A stretch of DNA of 64,000 bases from Vicinamibacteria bacterium. GTDB taxonomy: Bacteria; Acidobacteriota; Vicinamibacteria; Marinacidobacterales; Marinacidobacteraceae. The notes beneath the pieces were generated by a model. The model was not told where the DNA came from, ran no database searches, and worked only from the letters and a program-made list of their open reading frames with translations. Below, in pieces: positions 1 to 10,117 of the stretch (position 1 is its first letter; every line of letters starts with the position of its first letter). Location of the stretch: assembly GCA_963668695.2 (NCBI GenBank), contig CAXXLQ010000004.1:2368001-2432000 (forward strand), written 5' to 3'. A program made the translations under genes and the position numbers.

Positions 1-68
1 GGGATCCGCAGGAGCATGCGGTTGTGTTCAAGATCGGTGACCGCGTCGGCGAGCGACCGGTAGGGCAT
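1..68 (-). CDS. 5' end of a probable UbiD-family decarboxylase (runs off window)
   Basis: ATG at 68 gives MPYRSLADAVTDLEHNRMLLRI, resembling UbiD N-termini; only 22 codons visible. Confidence 0.45.
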   Translation of the reverse strand, partial: MPYRSLADAVTDLEHNRMLLRI

Positions 69-239
69 GGTCAGGGTGAGAGGGTAGCGGTCCCCTATCC
101 GGGGACATCGGAGGATTCGACTCGCCCTGGGTCGGGAAGCGGTGCCGAGAGATCACCCGGAGTTGCGTTTATGTCGTTTAGCGTCATCGTTTGCCTGACA
201 CTGCCTGCCGTCACTTGCGGCTCCTCCCGACTGCTGACC

Positions 240-713
240 ATGACTACCGAACACACCCTGCTCCCGACACTCCTTCCAACATCCGACCCTTTTCCGTCCC
301 GGTTAGACATTCATGAGGCGAGGGCGGCAATCCCATTAGTCTCGCCCTACGCGAGCGGCGCCCAACCCGTGGAGGCTCGTTTCGGTCCACGCGGTTCCGA
401 AGCCGTGAAGATTCCGGCGAGATTGTTTGAACTCATCCTCCGGGTCCTCCAGGAGATGGCGCGGGGTAACGCGGTTGCTTTGGTTCCGGTCGGAAAGGAA
501 TTGACCACGCAGCAGGCGGCCGAGCTCCTACAGGTGTCGCGGACCCATGTCGTCAAATTGATGGAGGGCGGCGAGCTGCCTTGCCACAAAGTTGGCACGC
601 ACAGGCGGGTACGCATCGAGGAACTCCTGGAGTATCGCCGCAAGACCTACGCTGCCCAGCAGAAGGCGTTGGATGAAATGACAGCGTACGATCAGGAACT
701 CGGTCTCCAGTAG
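240..713 (+). CDS. Excisionase-like HTH DNA-binding protein, putative antitoxin of the downstream PIN gene
   Basis: ELTTQQAAELLQVSRTHVVKLMEGGELPCHKVGTHRRV is a typical HTH_17/excisionase signature; start 240 chosen over 24. Confidence 0.85.
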   Translation: MTTEHTLLPTLLPTSDPFPSRLDIHEARAAIPLVSPYASGAQPVEARFGPRGSEAVKIPARLFELILRVLQEMARGNAVALVPVGKELTTQQAAELLQVSRTHVVKLMEGGELPCHKVGTHRRVRIEELLEYRRKTYAAQQKALDEMTAYDQELGLQ

Positions 714-716
714 GCG

Positions 717-1287
717 ATGCTTGGCGTCACGGCGCTGCTGGACGCCAACATCCTCTATTCGGCTGGTTTACGTTGACTTCCTGCTCCGGCTGGCTGCTGA
801 GGAGTTGTATCGGACGCTGTGGAGCGAAGAAATCCAGAAGGAATGGTCTCGCCGTCTCCTTGAAGGCCGCGATGATCTTTCGTGGGAAATGTTGGAGCGA
901 ACCCATCATCAAATGCGGAAGTACTTTCCGCATGCCTGTGTAACCGGGCACGATTCCCTGGTGGGGGTGGTTTCTTTGCCGGATCCCGGTGACCGCCATG
1001 TTCTCGCGGCTGCTGATCCATGGCCGTGCGGACGTGGTTGTAACCAGGAACCTCAAGGATTTCCCCCCGGAATGCATGCGCAGGTATGGCATCGAGGCGC
1101 AATCTCCGACGATTTCATACTTGATTTGTTTGCTGAATTCCCGTTGAGAGTTATCAAGGCCGCGCATCTACACCGCCGTGCGCTGCAGAATCCAGCGCGA
1201 TCAGCCAAAGAACACCTCGTCGCCTACGGAGAGGCTGGCCTGTCAAAGGTCGCCGCCCGGCTGGAGCAGCACATTTCCGACCTCTAG
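717..1287 (+). pseudogene. PIN-domain toxin with three apparent frameshifts
   Basis: ATG 717 gives MLGVTALLDANILYSAGLR then a stop; DFLLRLA...DPGDRHVLAAA follows in another frame; the motif IHGRADVVVTRNLKDFP lies in a shifted frame at ~1016-1105. Confidence 0.75.
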
Positions 1288-1466
1288 CAGCCTGTGGTGA
1301 AACCCACGCGGCGTTCGAGCGGTGATCCATCCCGCCTGAACCGCGCCGCTTTGCGGCGCTCTGCGTTGCGTTTCGGTCCAAATACACCAGGTATTCCTCC
1401 CTCACGCGCCTTGTCAGCCGGGCGCCTCCCCGCTCTCGGCGCTCACCCGGGTTCCACCACAGGCTG
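1288..1466. mobile_element. MITE family A, full 179-bp copy without 18-mer
   Basis: Terminal inverted repeats CAGCCTGTGGTGAAACC / GGTTCCACCACAGGCTG, flanked by CTAG on both sides; the left TAG is the PIN stop codon. Confidence 0.85.
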
Positions 1467-1591
1467 CTAGCGGTGGCTGAGCCCCGCGCGGTTTCTTCGC
1501 CCTGTCGGGCGACGATGCTGGTCCCAAAGCCCCACCGGAAGAAACGCCCCTAGTCGGGTCGGGTCGGCCGGTACACCCCGCCCGCCGGTAA

Positions 1592-1723
1592 CAGCCGGTG
1601 GTGGAACCCGGGTGAGCGCCGCAAAGCGCCAGTTCTCCCGGTGGGGGGGCGGTTCAGGCGGGATGGATCGCCGCTCGAGCCCCCACCGGGAGAACTGGGC
1701 CGCGTGGGTTTCACCACAGGCTG
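1592..1723. mobile_element. MITE family A, internally deleted, carrying two 18-mers
   Basis: Same TIRs and TA flanks; 18-mers at 1629-1646 (-) and 1681-1698 (+). Confidence 0.8.
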
Positions 1724-1864
1724 TTAAGAGCCGGATGTCGGCCACGGGCAGCCTTCGCGCACGAAGGGTGGCCATCCGGATGGTCGGCGTGCCGCCAGGA
1801 CGGCTCTTTCGCGGCAATTGGTAACGGTCCCTTCCTGCGGCGGGTGGCGAAGTAGGATGAAACC

Positions 1865-2827
1865 ATGGAGAAGAAAACGATCAGTCTGATAGGCGTGCCG
1901 CTGGATCTGGGAGCTGGTTGCCGGGGGGTGGACATGGGGCCTTCGGCCATGCGCCGTGCGGGGATCGCCTCGCGCCTGGAGCGACTCGGACATCTGGTAG
2001 AGGACACCGGGAATCTCGACGCGCCGGTGGCGGAGGCGCTCGACGGCCCGGGAGATGCGAGCGCCCGCTACCTGGACGAAGTGGTTCGGGTGCTCGGGGA
2101 CCTCGCCTGGAGGGTCCGGGACATCAGGCGGCGCGGGCGACTGCCACTCGTTCTCGGAGGCGACCATTCCATGGCAGTCGGGACGGTTTCCGGAATGACC
2201 GGATGCGGTGACCCCGCAGCGGGGACCGGCGGACGGACCGAGCGCCTTGGGCTCATCTGGGTGGATGCGCACGCCGACGCCAACACCCCGGAGACGTCGC
2301 CGAGCGGCAACCTGCACGGCATGCCGGTGGCCGCCCTCTTCGGCCGCGGCCCGGACGCTCTTACCCGGGTCGGCGGATTCGCTCCGGGGGCGCCCCGGCT
2401 GGACCCGGAGAACGTCGCTCTCATCGGAGTCCGAAGCGTGGACGAGGCTGAAGCCGGCATGGTGGCGGAACTGGGAGTGCGGGTCTACACCATGGAAGAG
2501 GTGGATCGCCGCGGCTTCGCCGCCATCGCGGACGAGGCCGTTGACCGGGCGCTCGACGGAACCGCAGGGATGCACCTGAGCCTGGACATGGACGGACTCG
2601 ACCCGGAGGTGGCCCCGGGGGTCGGGACTCCCGTTCCCGGCGGGCTTACCTATCGTGAGGCCCATACCCTCATGGAGTGCGTGGCCGCCAGCGGTGGCCT
2701 GCGTTCGATGGAGATCGCCGAGGTGAATCCCACTCTGGACGTGCGAAACCGAACCGCCGAGCTCGCGGTCGAACTGGTCGCCTCCGCGCTGGGCAAGCGG
2801 ACGCTCCCCCCGAACCCGCCTTCCTGA
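1865..2827 (+). CDS. rocF: Arginase
   Basis: GGDHS, DAHADAN, SGNLHGMP, SLDMDGLDP and EVNP motifs. Confidence 0.93.
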   Translation: MEKKTISLIGVPLDLGAGCRGVDMGPSAMRRAGIASRLERLGHLVEDTGNLDAPVAEALDGPGDASARYLDEVVRVLGDLAWRVRDIRRRGRLPLVLGGDHSMAVGTVSGMTGCGDPAAGTGGRTERLGLIWVDAHADANTPETSPSGNLHGMPVAALFGRGPDALTRVGGFAPGAPRLDPENVALIGVRSVDEAEAGMVAELGVRVYTMEEVDRRGFAAIADEAVDRALDGTAGMHLSLDMDGLDPEVAPGVGTPVPGGLTYREAHTLMECVAASGGLRSMEIAEVNPTLDVRNRTAELAVELVASALGKRTLPPNPPS

Positions 2828-2867
2828 GACATGCGCCGCCTGCCTTGGGAACGGACAGGAAGAACCG

Positions 2868-3509
2868 ATGGGCCTTGATGTCCAAACGCACCTTGAAGCC
2901 ACACAGCGCTCCGTGTCGTCGCCGGACCGCGACGGACAACCCGCTTGCGCGGTCACCCTCGCTCGCCGCTACTCGACGACGGTTGAGGATCTGTGGGACG
3001 CCGCGACGAATCCCGAGCGCATTCCGCGCTGGTTCCTGCCGATCGGCGGCGACCTCGAACCAGGCGGCCGATTTCAGTTGGAGGGAAACGCGGGCGGCGT
3101 GATCACGGCGTGCGAACGACTATCCCGGCTGGCGCTCACCTGGGAGTTCGGGGAGGACGTGAGCTGGGTGGACGCGCGTTTCTCGGATGATGGAATGGGC
3201 CGCTCGAGACTTGCGCTCACGCACACGGCGCACGTTTCCGAACACTGGGACGAGTACGGGCCGGGCGCAACCGGTGTCGGGTGGGAGCTGGGTTTGCTGG
3301 GGCTCTCGCTATATCTCGCGAATCCGACGGACCCAAAGCTGGACGAAGCCGCCTTCGCCATTTCCCCGGCGGGCAGAGCGTTCATCACCGGCAGCAGCGA
3401 AAGGTGGGGACAAGCGGCGGTGGCGGCCGGCACGGACCCTCGAGCGGCGCGCGCCGCTGCCAGACGCACAACCGCGTTCTACACCGGCGAATCGGGTGGG
3501 GCTGCCTGA
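2868..3509 (+). CDS. SRPBCC/Aha1-domain protein
   Basis: DLWDAATNPERIPRWF...GGRFQLEGNAGG...GPGATGVGWE. Confidence 0.8.
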   Translation: MGLDVQTHLEATQRSVSSPDRDGQPACAVTLARRYSTTVEDLWDAATNPERIPRWFLPIGGDLEPGGRFQLEGNAGGVITACERLSRLALTWEFGEDVSWVDARFSDDGMGRSRLALTHTAHVSEHWDEYGPGATGVGWELGLLGLSLYLANPTDPKLDEAAFAISPAGRAFITGSSERWGQAAVAAGTDPRAARAAARRTTAFYTGESGGAA

Positions 3510-3512
3510 CCG

Positions 3513-4211
3513 GTGATCCGCGACGCACCCGATGGCAAGGGCGGTTCGGTGAGCGTGGCGGCCCACGACCCGGCCGGCACCTCGCCGGTCGCGCCGGCCG
3601 TCCTCCTCACGCACGGCGCCGGAGGGAATCGGGACACGCCGGGCCTCGTCTCGCTCGCCCAGTCCCTGGCCGTCCGGGGCATCCGTGCGCTCCGCTTCAA
3701 TCTCCCCGCGGCCGAAGCGGGGAAAAGGCGGCCCGACCGTGCCGACCGGGCGATCGCCTGCGTCGCCGCCGTCGTGGGTTGGGCGGCGGGGGAGTACCCG
3801 GGCCCCCTCTTCCTCGGCGGCCGCTCCTTTGGCGGGAGGATGGCCTCCCTCCTGCTCGCGGATCCGGCGGCCGAAGCCCGTAGCCTGGTGACGGGTGCGG
3901 TACTCCTCGCCTATCCGCTGAAGCCTCCCGGGAAGCGCGAAGTGCCTGCGGAGCGGATGGAGCATCTCGGCCGTATCGGCCTCCCGATGCTCTTTGTCAG
4001 CGGATCCCGGGATCCCTTCGCGCCGCCGGAGCTGTTCGACCCGATCATCGCGGCCTGCGGCGCCGAGGCGTGCTGGATCGTCGGGGCCGACCACGGGTTT
4101 CGGGTGCCGAAGCCGATTCTCACCGCCACGGAGCGCAGCGCCGCCGACGTTCGCGACGAGATCGCCGGGGCGGTGGCGGCGTTCATCGCCGCCACCGCGC
4201 TCCCCGGTTAG
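3513..4211 (+). CDS. Alpha/beta hydrolase (KANL3/Tex30-like)
   Basis: HGAGG, GGRSFGGR nucleophile elbow, GSRDPF, GADHGF. Confidence 0.85.
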   Translation: MIRDAPDGKGGSVSVAAHDPAGTSPVAPAVLLTHGAGGNRDTPGLVSLAQSLAVRGIRALRFNLPAAEAGKRRPDRADRAIACVAAVVGWAAGEYPGPLFLGGRSFGGRMASLLLADPAAEARSLVTGAVLLAYPLKPPGKREVPAERMEHLGRIGLPMLFVSGSRDPFAPPELFDPIIAACGAEACWIVGADHGFRVPKPILTATERSAADVRDEIAGAVAAFIAATALPG

Positions 4212-4248
4212 CGGGACCTTGAAGGAAACCCCGCCGCCGGTTCCTTCC

Positions 4249-5631
4249 TCAGCGCGGTCCGAAGACCCAGGACATCCCGATCGTGAAGGTGTTCTGGCTC
4301 TTCGAGATACCTTCTCCGCATCCGGAGCAACTGAAGAAGTCAGCGTCCGACCAGTCACGCCGATACTCGAAGCGAGTCAGGAAGCGGGGGTCGTCCACCA
4401 CCGGCTGGAACTCGAGCGTCAGGGTGTTCTCCATCAACATCTGCTCGAGACCGGTGGAGCGGGCTTCGCGGTCGTTCATGAACTCGTAGCGTTCGGCGAT
4501 CCGCACCCGGTCGTTCACGTGGAAACGGAGGTATCCGCCGAGTCCGTAAGAGGTCGCGCTCGTTCCCACCTCGTCGGTCGCCGAGATGTAGTCCATGTTC
4601 ACCATGGCCTCGACCCGGTCGGTGAGTCCGACGTAGGCGTTCCAGCTCAGATCCCGCAGCCAGCCGTCGTTGGTCCCGGCGTTCTCCGGGCCGTTGATCC
4701 AGGTGAGGGTGGTGTTGAACTGGTCGCTCGGCGCCAGCGATCCCTGCAGGCCGTAGGACTTCCCGGTGTTCTGGTCCCAGGCGTTGTCGAAGCCGTTCAC
4801 CAGCAACAACGTTCCGGTAAAGGTCTCGCTGAGCGGCACGCCGAGCCGGGCGCCGAGATGGGAGAACGGCTCGTTCCACGCCCAGAGGATGCCGCGCGTG
4901 TAGTTCCAGTTCAGATGCGACTCGGCGACCTCGAGCCCGGCGATGGTGCCGAAGAGTCCGACGTCGAGTTGGGCGCCGCTCCCGAACTGGTAGTAGCCGA
5001 ACGCCTGCTGCAGATAGAGCACGTCGGCGAGCGGTCCGGGTTCGAGTCCGTCCCGGAACAGCCGGGCGCCCGAGCCGAACCAGAGGTCGGAACGGAAACC
5101 GAACGGCCCGTCGCCGGCGGTCTCGATCTCCAGCTTGAGCTGGTTCAGGCCGAATCCGCGGGCGTTGGGGTTCGTGTAGTAGAGCGTGTTGTTCCCGTCC
5201 TGAGGGTCGTTCGCATTGTGCGTGTAGTAGGTGTCCACCAGGCCGGTGATGGAGAGGGGTTGCCCTCCCGTACTGGCGACGCCCTCGGGCATTCCCGAAT
5301 CGGCGTCCTGCGCTGGGGTGGACGGGCCCGGGGCCTCGGGGGTGGCAGCGGCTCCGCCGTCTGCGGCCGCGAGCACCAGGCTGGCCTCCGTGGTTTCCGG
5401 GGTCCTGGAGGCACCTTCCGTTTCCCGGGTAGTGACCAGAGTCGCGAGCAGCATCTCGAGGTCCTCGATGCGCTCCTTCAGCGAGTCCAGCTCGCTGCGG
5501 ATCTCGGTCTCGAGTTCCGCGCTGGTGACCGCCGCGCGCGGCGGAGGTTCGCCGGCAGCTACGGCCGCTGGAACAGCAAGCGCGCCGATGAACAGCGCGG
5601 CCGATGCCGCGCGGACAAGTCGTATCTTCAT
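4249..5631 (-). CDS. Outer-membrane beta-barrel porin (BBP2/DUF1597-like) with N-terminal coiled coil
   Basis: SD GAAGGAGG before ATG 5631; signal peptide; LQQAF, GLEVAES, NWNYTRG, EYRRDWSD; C-terminal beta strand. Confidence 0.8.
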   Translation of the reverse strand: MKIRLVRAASAALFIGALAVPAAVAAGEPPPRAAVTSAELETEIRSELDSLKERIEDLEMLLATLVTTRETEGASRTPETTEASLVLAAADGGAAATPEAPGPSTPAQDADSGMPEGVASTGGQPLSITGLVDTYYTHNANDPQDGNNTLYYTNPNARGFGLNQLKLEIETAGDGPFGFRSDLWFGSGARLFRDGLEPGPLADVLYLQQAFGYYQFGSGAQLDVGLFGTIAGLEVAESHLNWNYTRGILWAWNEPFSHLGARLGVPLSETFTGTLLLVNGFDNAWDQNTGKSYGLQGSLAPSDQFNTTLTWINGPENAGTNDGWLRDLSWNAYVGLTDRVEAMVNMDYISATDEVGTSATSYGLGGYLRFHVNDRVRIAERYEFMNDREARSTGLEQMLMENTLTLEFQPVVDDPRFLTRFEYRRDWSDADFFSCSGCGEGISKSQNTFTIGMSWVFGPR

Positions 5632-5714
5632 GATGCCTCCTTCGCCCATCCCGGGCGTTTTCAAGAACGAAAACGGGATCCCCACCCCTGGTCTGGTTCC
5701 GGCGGGCTTCTCGG

Positions 5715-6665
5715 CTAACTCCCGTCCTCCGCGTTTTCGAGCGCGTAGCGCGCGACTTCCTCGTGCGTCGCGTACCAGACATCTCCGGCGGCGTTGATGT
5801 GTTCGATCAGTCGCTCCAGCATGGCGATGCGGGAGCGGTGGCCGATCACGTGGGGATGCATGGTGAGGAGGAACATTCCTCCCTCCGAATGGGCCATGTC
5901 GAATTCCGCCTTCCAGATCGAGAGCACGTCGTCGGGAGTGCTGTGCGGCCTTATCGCCGAATATCTGCTGAAGCCGAAATACGGGGCGTCGTCCAGAATC
6001 CATTCCACCGGCAGTTCCACGATTCCCGTGGCTTCGCCGTTCGCGACGATCTCATAGGGCCAATCGTCCGCCATGAGGCTCGAGTCGTAGAGAAAGCCCA
6101 GGTCCCGGACGATTTGCAGGGTGTTCGGGCTGTAGTCCCAGGACGGCGTCCGCAGGCCAACCGGCCGCGTGCCGGTCAACTCGGTGAGCGTTTCGATCGC
6201 GCGCTCGATGAGCTCGCGTTCCACATCGCCGGGGATGAGCGAGTTGCGTTCGTGAATCCAGCCGTGCACTCCGATCTCGTGTCCGCCGGCGACGATATCC
6301 GCCACGTCCTCGCGGTAGATCAGCGCGCTGACCGCGGGAATGAAGAACGAGGCGCGAATCTCGTGCCTGCTCAGCAGGTCGAGGACTCGCGGCAGCCCGG
6401 CTTTCGACCCGTACTGCCCCCGCGACAGGTTGGACGCGGTGGTGGCGTTGTCCCGGAGCGACACGGTTTCATTGTCGAAGTCGAAGGAAAGGGCTACGGC
6501 TACCCGAGCTCCTCCGGGCCACGACGACGGAGCGAGACGACGTCCGGCGCGTACGGCGTCAATCGGCGCCCGCCACTCGGCCTCGGTCCACTCCCATGGC
6601 GGGGTTTCCGATTCCGCGGTGGGTTCCGCGGGGCTGCAAGCGGCAAGGCACGCGAGCCCGCCCAT
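5715..6665 (-). CDS. Polysaccharide deacetylase (PuuE/PgdA-like) lipoprotein; start uncertain
   Basis: LSFDFD, HEIGVHGWIHE, RTPSW, YDSSLM, TMHPHVIG; lipobox LAAC. Confidence 0.85.
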   Translation of the reverse strand: MGGLACLAACSPAEPTAESETPPWEWTEAEWRAPIDAVRAGRRLAPSSWPGGARVAVALSFDFDNETVSLRDNATTASNLSRGQYGSKAGLPRVLDLLSRHEIRASFFIPAVSALIYREDVADIVAGGHEIGVHGWIHERNSLIPGDVERELIERAIETLTELTGTRPVGLRTPSWDYSPNTLQIVRDLGFLYDSSLMADDWPYEIVANGEATGIVELPVEWILDDAPYFGFSRYSAIRPHSTPDDVLSIWKAEFDMAHSEGGMFLLTMHPHVIGHRSRIAMLERLIEHINAAGDVWYATHEEVARYALENAEDGS

Positions 6666-6739
6666 TAGCAGCCCGTGGTGAAAGCGCCCCGCATAAGCCC
6701 CAGGACGTCCCGCGCGCCGAATCCGGCGCTTCGTGAGCC

Positions 6740-6868
6740 TGCGGGGCGCTTGCCCCACGGGTTCGTGGCGCGAATCGCGGTGCGATTCACACCACCGTCT
6801 TTCGTGGGGAGGGGAAACCCCTCCCCACACCCCGCCCCCGCGGCGCTGCGCGCCGCGAATGGATGCCG
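6740..6868 (-). repeat. Structured repeat family B, copy 1
   Basis: Reverse complement of GGGGTGTGGGGAGGGGTTTCCCCTCCCCACGAAAGA plus a hairpin; homologous to 29183-29309 and 31852-31968. Confidence 0.75.
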
Positions 6869-7009
6869 TCCGAGTTTCACCATTGCCTGTAACGGAGGCA
6901 AGGCGGGACGAACCGGGCATGGCGGCGATTCTATGCGGTACGGGGCCGTCCCACGCCGCTGAAGGACCGACGATCCCCGGGCCGCCGGGAACGATAGAAT
7001 TCGGGATCC

Positions 7010-7594
7010 TTGTCCGCGCCCTACGATCCTTCCGCCCTGAGTGTCAACCTCGCCGCGGTTCCTGCGCGCGGGGCTCGGGTCGCCGTCTCTGCGAACTACG
7101 CAGCGTTCGGCTTTTCCGGCGCCGCATTCGAGATCGTCGGCGAACTCAGCCTGAATGGACGCCTGGACCGACTCGATACGGATGGATACCGGCTCTTGGC
7201 TCGCCTCAGCGGAGAACTGCGACTCGAGTGTGTGCGTTGTCTCGGCCCGGTGGCGCTTCCCGTGGACGAGGCACTCGACCTGGTGTACCTGCCCCGCACT
7301 GCCGCGTCGGCTGACCTGACCGGAGGGGAACGCCCCCTCGACGCGTCGGACATGAACGTGTCGTTCTTCGAGAACGACCGCCTCGAACTCGCCGACACAG
7401 TATGGGAGCAGCTTCATTTGGCTTTGCCGGTGAAGCCGCTCTGTTCCTCCGACTGCCTCGGACTTTGCAGTTCATGCGGCGCCGACCGGAACCGGCAGCC
7501 ATCGTGTGGCTGCGAGGAGAATGCCGGCGCACCCGACCGGGCCGGATTGGGTGCCCTCCGCGACCTGCCGGGATTCCGGCGAGTGCCGGGATAG
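7010..7594 (+). CDS. yceD: DUF177/YceD family protein
   Basis: ECVRCL and LALPVKPLCSSDCLGLCSSCG; sits upstream of rpmF. Confidence 0.85.
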   Translation: MSAPYDPSALSVNLAAVPARGARVAVSANYAAFGFSGAAFEIVGELSLNGRLDRLDTDGYRLLARLSGELRLECVRCLGPVALPVDEALDLVYLPRTAASADLTGGERPLDASDMNVSFFENDRLELADTVWEQLHLALPVKPLCSSDCLGLCSSCGADRNRQPSCGCEENAGAPDRAGLGALRDLPGFRRVPG

Positions 7595-7679
7595 ACGCCG
7601 GGCACCTCGGGCGCCAACCACGGCCGGGCACCCCCAGCCGGCCAAGCACTTCCTGAGAGAAGAGACAGGAGTTAACGAA

Positions 7680-7865
7680 ATGCCACAACCCAAGAGACGC
7701 CACTCGCGTGGCCGCCGGAACAATCGCCGCGCACACCACAGCCTGGAGGCTCCCGGACTTTCGGTCTGCACCGAATGCAACCGGCGCATCCGGCCCCATG
7801 TTGTCTGCCCGCACTGCGGCCACTACAAGGGCAAGAAGGTTCTGGACGTCAAGGACCTGACCTGA
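7680..7865 (+). CDS. rpmF: 50S ribosomal protein L32
   Basis: MPQPKRRHSRGRRNNRRAH...CTEC...PHVVCPHCGHYKG; SD AGGAG. Confidence 0.96.
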   Translation: MPQPKRRHSRGRRNNRRAHHSLEAPGLSVCTECNRRIRPHVVCPHCGHYKGKKVLDVKDLT

Positions 7866-7876
7866 CCTGACCTGAC

Positions 7877-8887
7877 GTGAGTCGAACGGCGTTCCTTTTC
7901 CCCGGCCAGGGCTCACAGCGGCCGGGGATGGGCCGGGCGCTCGCGGACGCATTTCCGGAGTCGCGAGCGGTATTTGAAGAGGCGGACGACGTCCTCGGCG
8001 AATGCATCTCCCGTCTCTGTTTCGAAGGACCTGCCGAAGCACTCCAACTGACTCGCAACACCCAGCCGGCAATGCTCACGGTGAGCACCGCCGCCTGGCG
8101 CGTCGCCGAAGCCCGCGGAGCGAGCCCGGACATGGCCGCGGGCCACAGTCTCGGGGAGTACTCGGCGCTGGTTGCGTTGTCGGCATTGTCCTTTGCCGAC
8201 GCTCTCCGGCTCGTGCGGCGGCGCGCCGAGTTCATGCAGGAGGCGGTGCCTGCCGGGGAGGGGGCGATGTCGGCAGTTCTGGGTCTCCCCGCGGAGACGG
8301 TGGTCGCGGTCGCATCCGAGGTGACCGAAAGCGGCTTGGGGCTGGTGGAACCGGCGAACTTCAACGGTGGTGGCCAGGTCGTCATCGGCGGCCACGCGGC
8401 GGCGGTGGCCGCGGCCGGGAAGGAGTTGAAGGCCCGGGGGGCCCGGCGCGTGCTTCCCCTTCCGGTGAGCGCCCCTTTCCATACCCGTCTGATGGAGCCG
8501 GCGGCCAGGCAGCTCTCGCGGGAACTCGACGCCACCCCCTTTGCCGATCCGTCGGCGCCGCTGTGGACGAATGTGGACGCGGCGCCCATCCGCACCGGCT
8601 CCGAGGCCCGCGAGGCGCTGCGGCGCCAGGTGGCGTCGCCGGTGCGTTGGGAGGAGACGCTCCATGGGATGGCGGCTGCGGGTGCTTCCGCATTCTTCGA
8701 AATCGGTCAGGGCCGGGTGTTGACCGGCCTGGTCCAACGGGTGCTGCCCGGCGCCTCGGCGTTCGGAGTCTCCGATCCGGAGGGTATCGAGCGGGTCGAG
8801 GGGATGCAGTGGGGCCGCCGTGCCACCCCGGTCGGATCGCCTGCCGCAGGAGGGCCAGCCCGCGGGCGGGTCGCAAGCCCCGCATGA
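7877..8887 (+). CDS. fabD: Malonyl-CoA:ACP transacylase
   Basis: FPGQGSQ, GHSLGEY, VSAPFH. Confidence 0.95.
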   Translation: MSRTAFLFPGQGSQRPGMGRALADAFPESRAVFEEADDVLGECISRLCFEGPAEALQLTRNTQPAMLTVSTAAWRVAEARGASPDMAAGHSLGEYSALVALSALSFADALRLVRRRAEFMQEAVPAGEGAMSAVLGLPAETVVAVASEVTESGLGLVEPANFNGGGQVVIGGHAAAVAAAGKELKARGARRVLPLPVSAPFHTRLMEPAARQLSRELDATPFADPSAPLWTNVDAAPIRTGSEAREALRRQVASPVRWEETLHGMAAAGASAFFEIGQGRVLTGLVQRVLPGASAFGVSDPEGIERVEGMQWGRRATPVGSPAAGGPARGRVASPA

Positions 8888-9654
8888 TGGTCTCGGCGGC
8901 CCGGGACCCCGGTGAGATTCGCTTCGAGGGGCAGACTGCGCTCGTAACCGGGGGCACCCGCGGGATCGGTCACGCGATCGCCGCGCGGCTCGCCGACGAA
9001 GGAGCCACGGTTTTCCTGACGGGGACCGACGAAAAGCGGGCCGAGGGAGTGGCCGACGAGCTCGACGCCGGCCGCGGCCGGGTACGGGGGCTGGGGCTCG
9101 ATCTGACCGATCCCGAATTGGTCAAACGATGTGTGGCCGCGGCCAGTGCTGACCGGGGACTCCAGATTCTGGTGAACAACGCGGGCGTGTCGCGCGATGG
9201 TCTGCTGGCTCGTCAGTCGGCGGCCACCTGGCGGGAAGTGATGGCCACCAACCTGGATGGTCTGCACGCTTGCTGCCAGGCCGCCGTCCGGCCTATGATG
9301 CGCGCTCGCTACGGTCGGATCGTCAACCTCAGTTCCATCGTGGGGCTTCGTGGCAATCCGGGCCAGACCGCCTACGCGACCTCCAAGGCGGGCATTCTCG
9401 GGTTCACAAAATCGCTGGCCAAGGAATTGGCTCGGCGGAACATCACCGTGAACGCGGTGGCGCCGGGACTTATCGAAACCGACATGACCCGGGAGATGCC
9501 CGAGGCGGCTCGGGCCCAGCTCGGGAGCGCCATCGCAATGGGGCGCCCCGGATCGCCGGAAGAGGTTGCGGCGGCGGTCGCCTTCCTCGCCTCTGCCGAG
9601 GCGAGCTACATCACTGGCGCGGTCCTCGAAGTAACCGGAGGGCTCGCGCTTTAA
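8884..9654 (+). CDS. fabG: 3-oxoacyl-ACP reductase
   Basis: [17 protein letters not shown]; operon context. Confidence 0.93.
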   Translation: MMVSAARDPGEIRFEGQTALVTGGTRGIGHAIAARLADEGATVFLTGTDEKRAEGVADELDAGRGRVRGLGLDLTDPELVKRCVAAASADRGLQILVNNAGVSRDGLLARQSAATWREVMATNLDGLHACCQAAVRPMMRARYGRIVNLSSIVGLRGNPGQTAYATSKAGILGFTKSLAKELARRNITVNAVAPGLIETDMTREMPEAARAQLGSAIAMGRPGSPEEVAAAVAFLASAEASYITGAVLEVTGGLAL

Positions 9655-9712
9655 TCCGACGTCTCCTGGTAAACCGGGAGGCACGGGACAGTACCAACAG
9701 GAGAAACGACAA

Positions 9713-9994
9713 ATGAAGGAAAAGGCCAAGGAACCAGAGGGTGCTCCGGAAGTCGAGGAACTCCCGGTGGACGAGCGCGTCCGGGAGCTCATCTGCGAGC
9801 AGCTTTCCGTGTCCCCCGACGAGGTCTCGCCGGAGGCCACTTTCGTGGGCGATCTGAGCGCCGATTCACTGGACATGGTCGAGTTGATGATGGCGCTGGA
9901 GGAGCAGTTCGAGATTGATATCTCGGAGGATCAGGCAGAACGGATCCAGACGGTCGGCGATGCAGTGGCGTTCATCGAGCAGCGGATCAACTGA
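9713..9994 (+). CDS. acpP: Acyl carrier protein
   Basis: [20 protein letters not shown]. Confidence 0.95.
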   Translation: MKEKAKEPEGAPEVEELPVDERVRELICEQLSVSPDEVSPEATFVGDLSADSLDMVELMMALEEQFEIDISEDQAERIQTVGDAVAFIEQRIN

Positions 9995-10117
9995 GCTGCG
10001 CCGAGCAGCTGATGGACAAAGTCACACGGCCCGCCTCGCCTTCCGAGCGACGCGCGAGTTCGCCCGAGCTACGCGCGAGTTCGCGCTGACTGGCTCGCGA
10101 CCGGCGCTCGAGTGCAT

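Noticed and set aside
6666-6920. Long N-terminal extension of the deacetylase
   Set aside because: It runs through repeat family B; the true start is probably nearer the lipobox
10043-10084. 21-bp tandem duplication between acpP and fabF
   Set aside because: Two copies next to a MITE relic; no function can be supported
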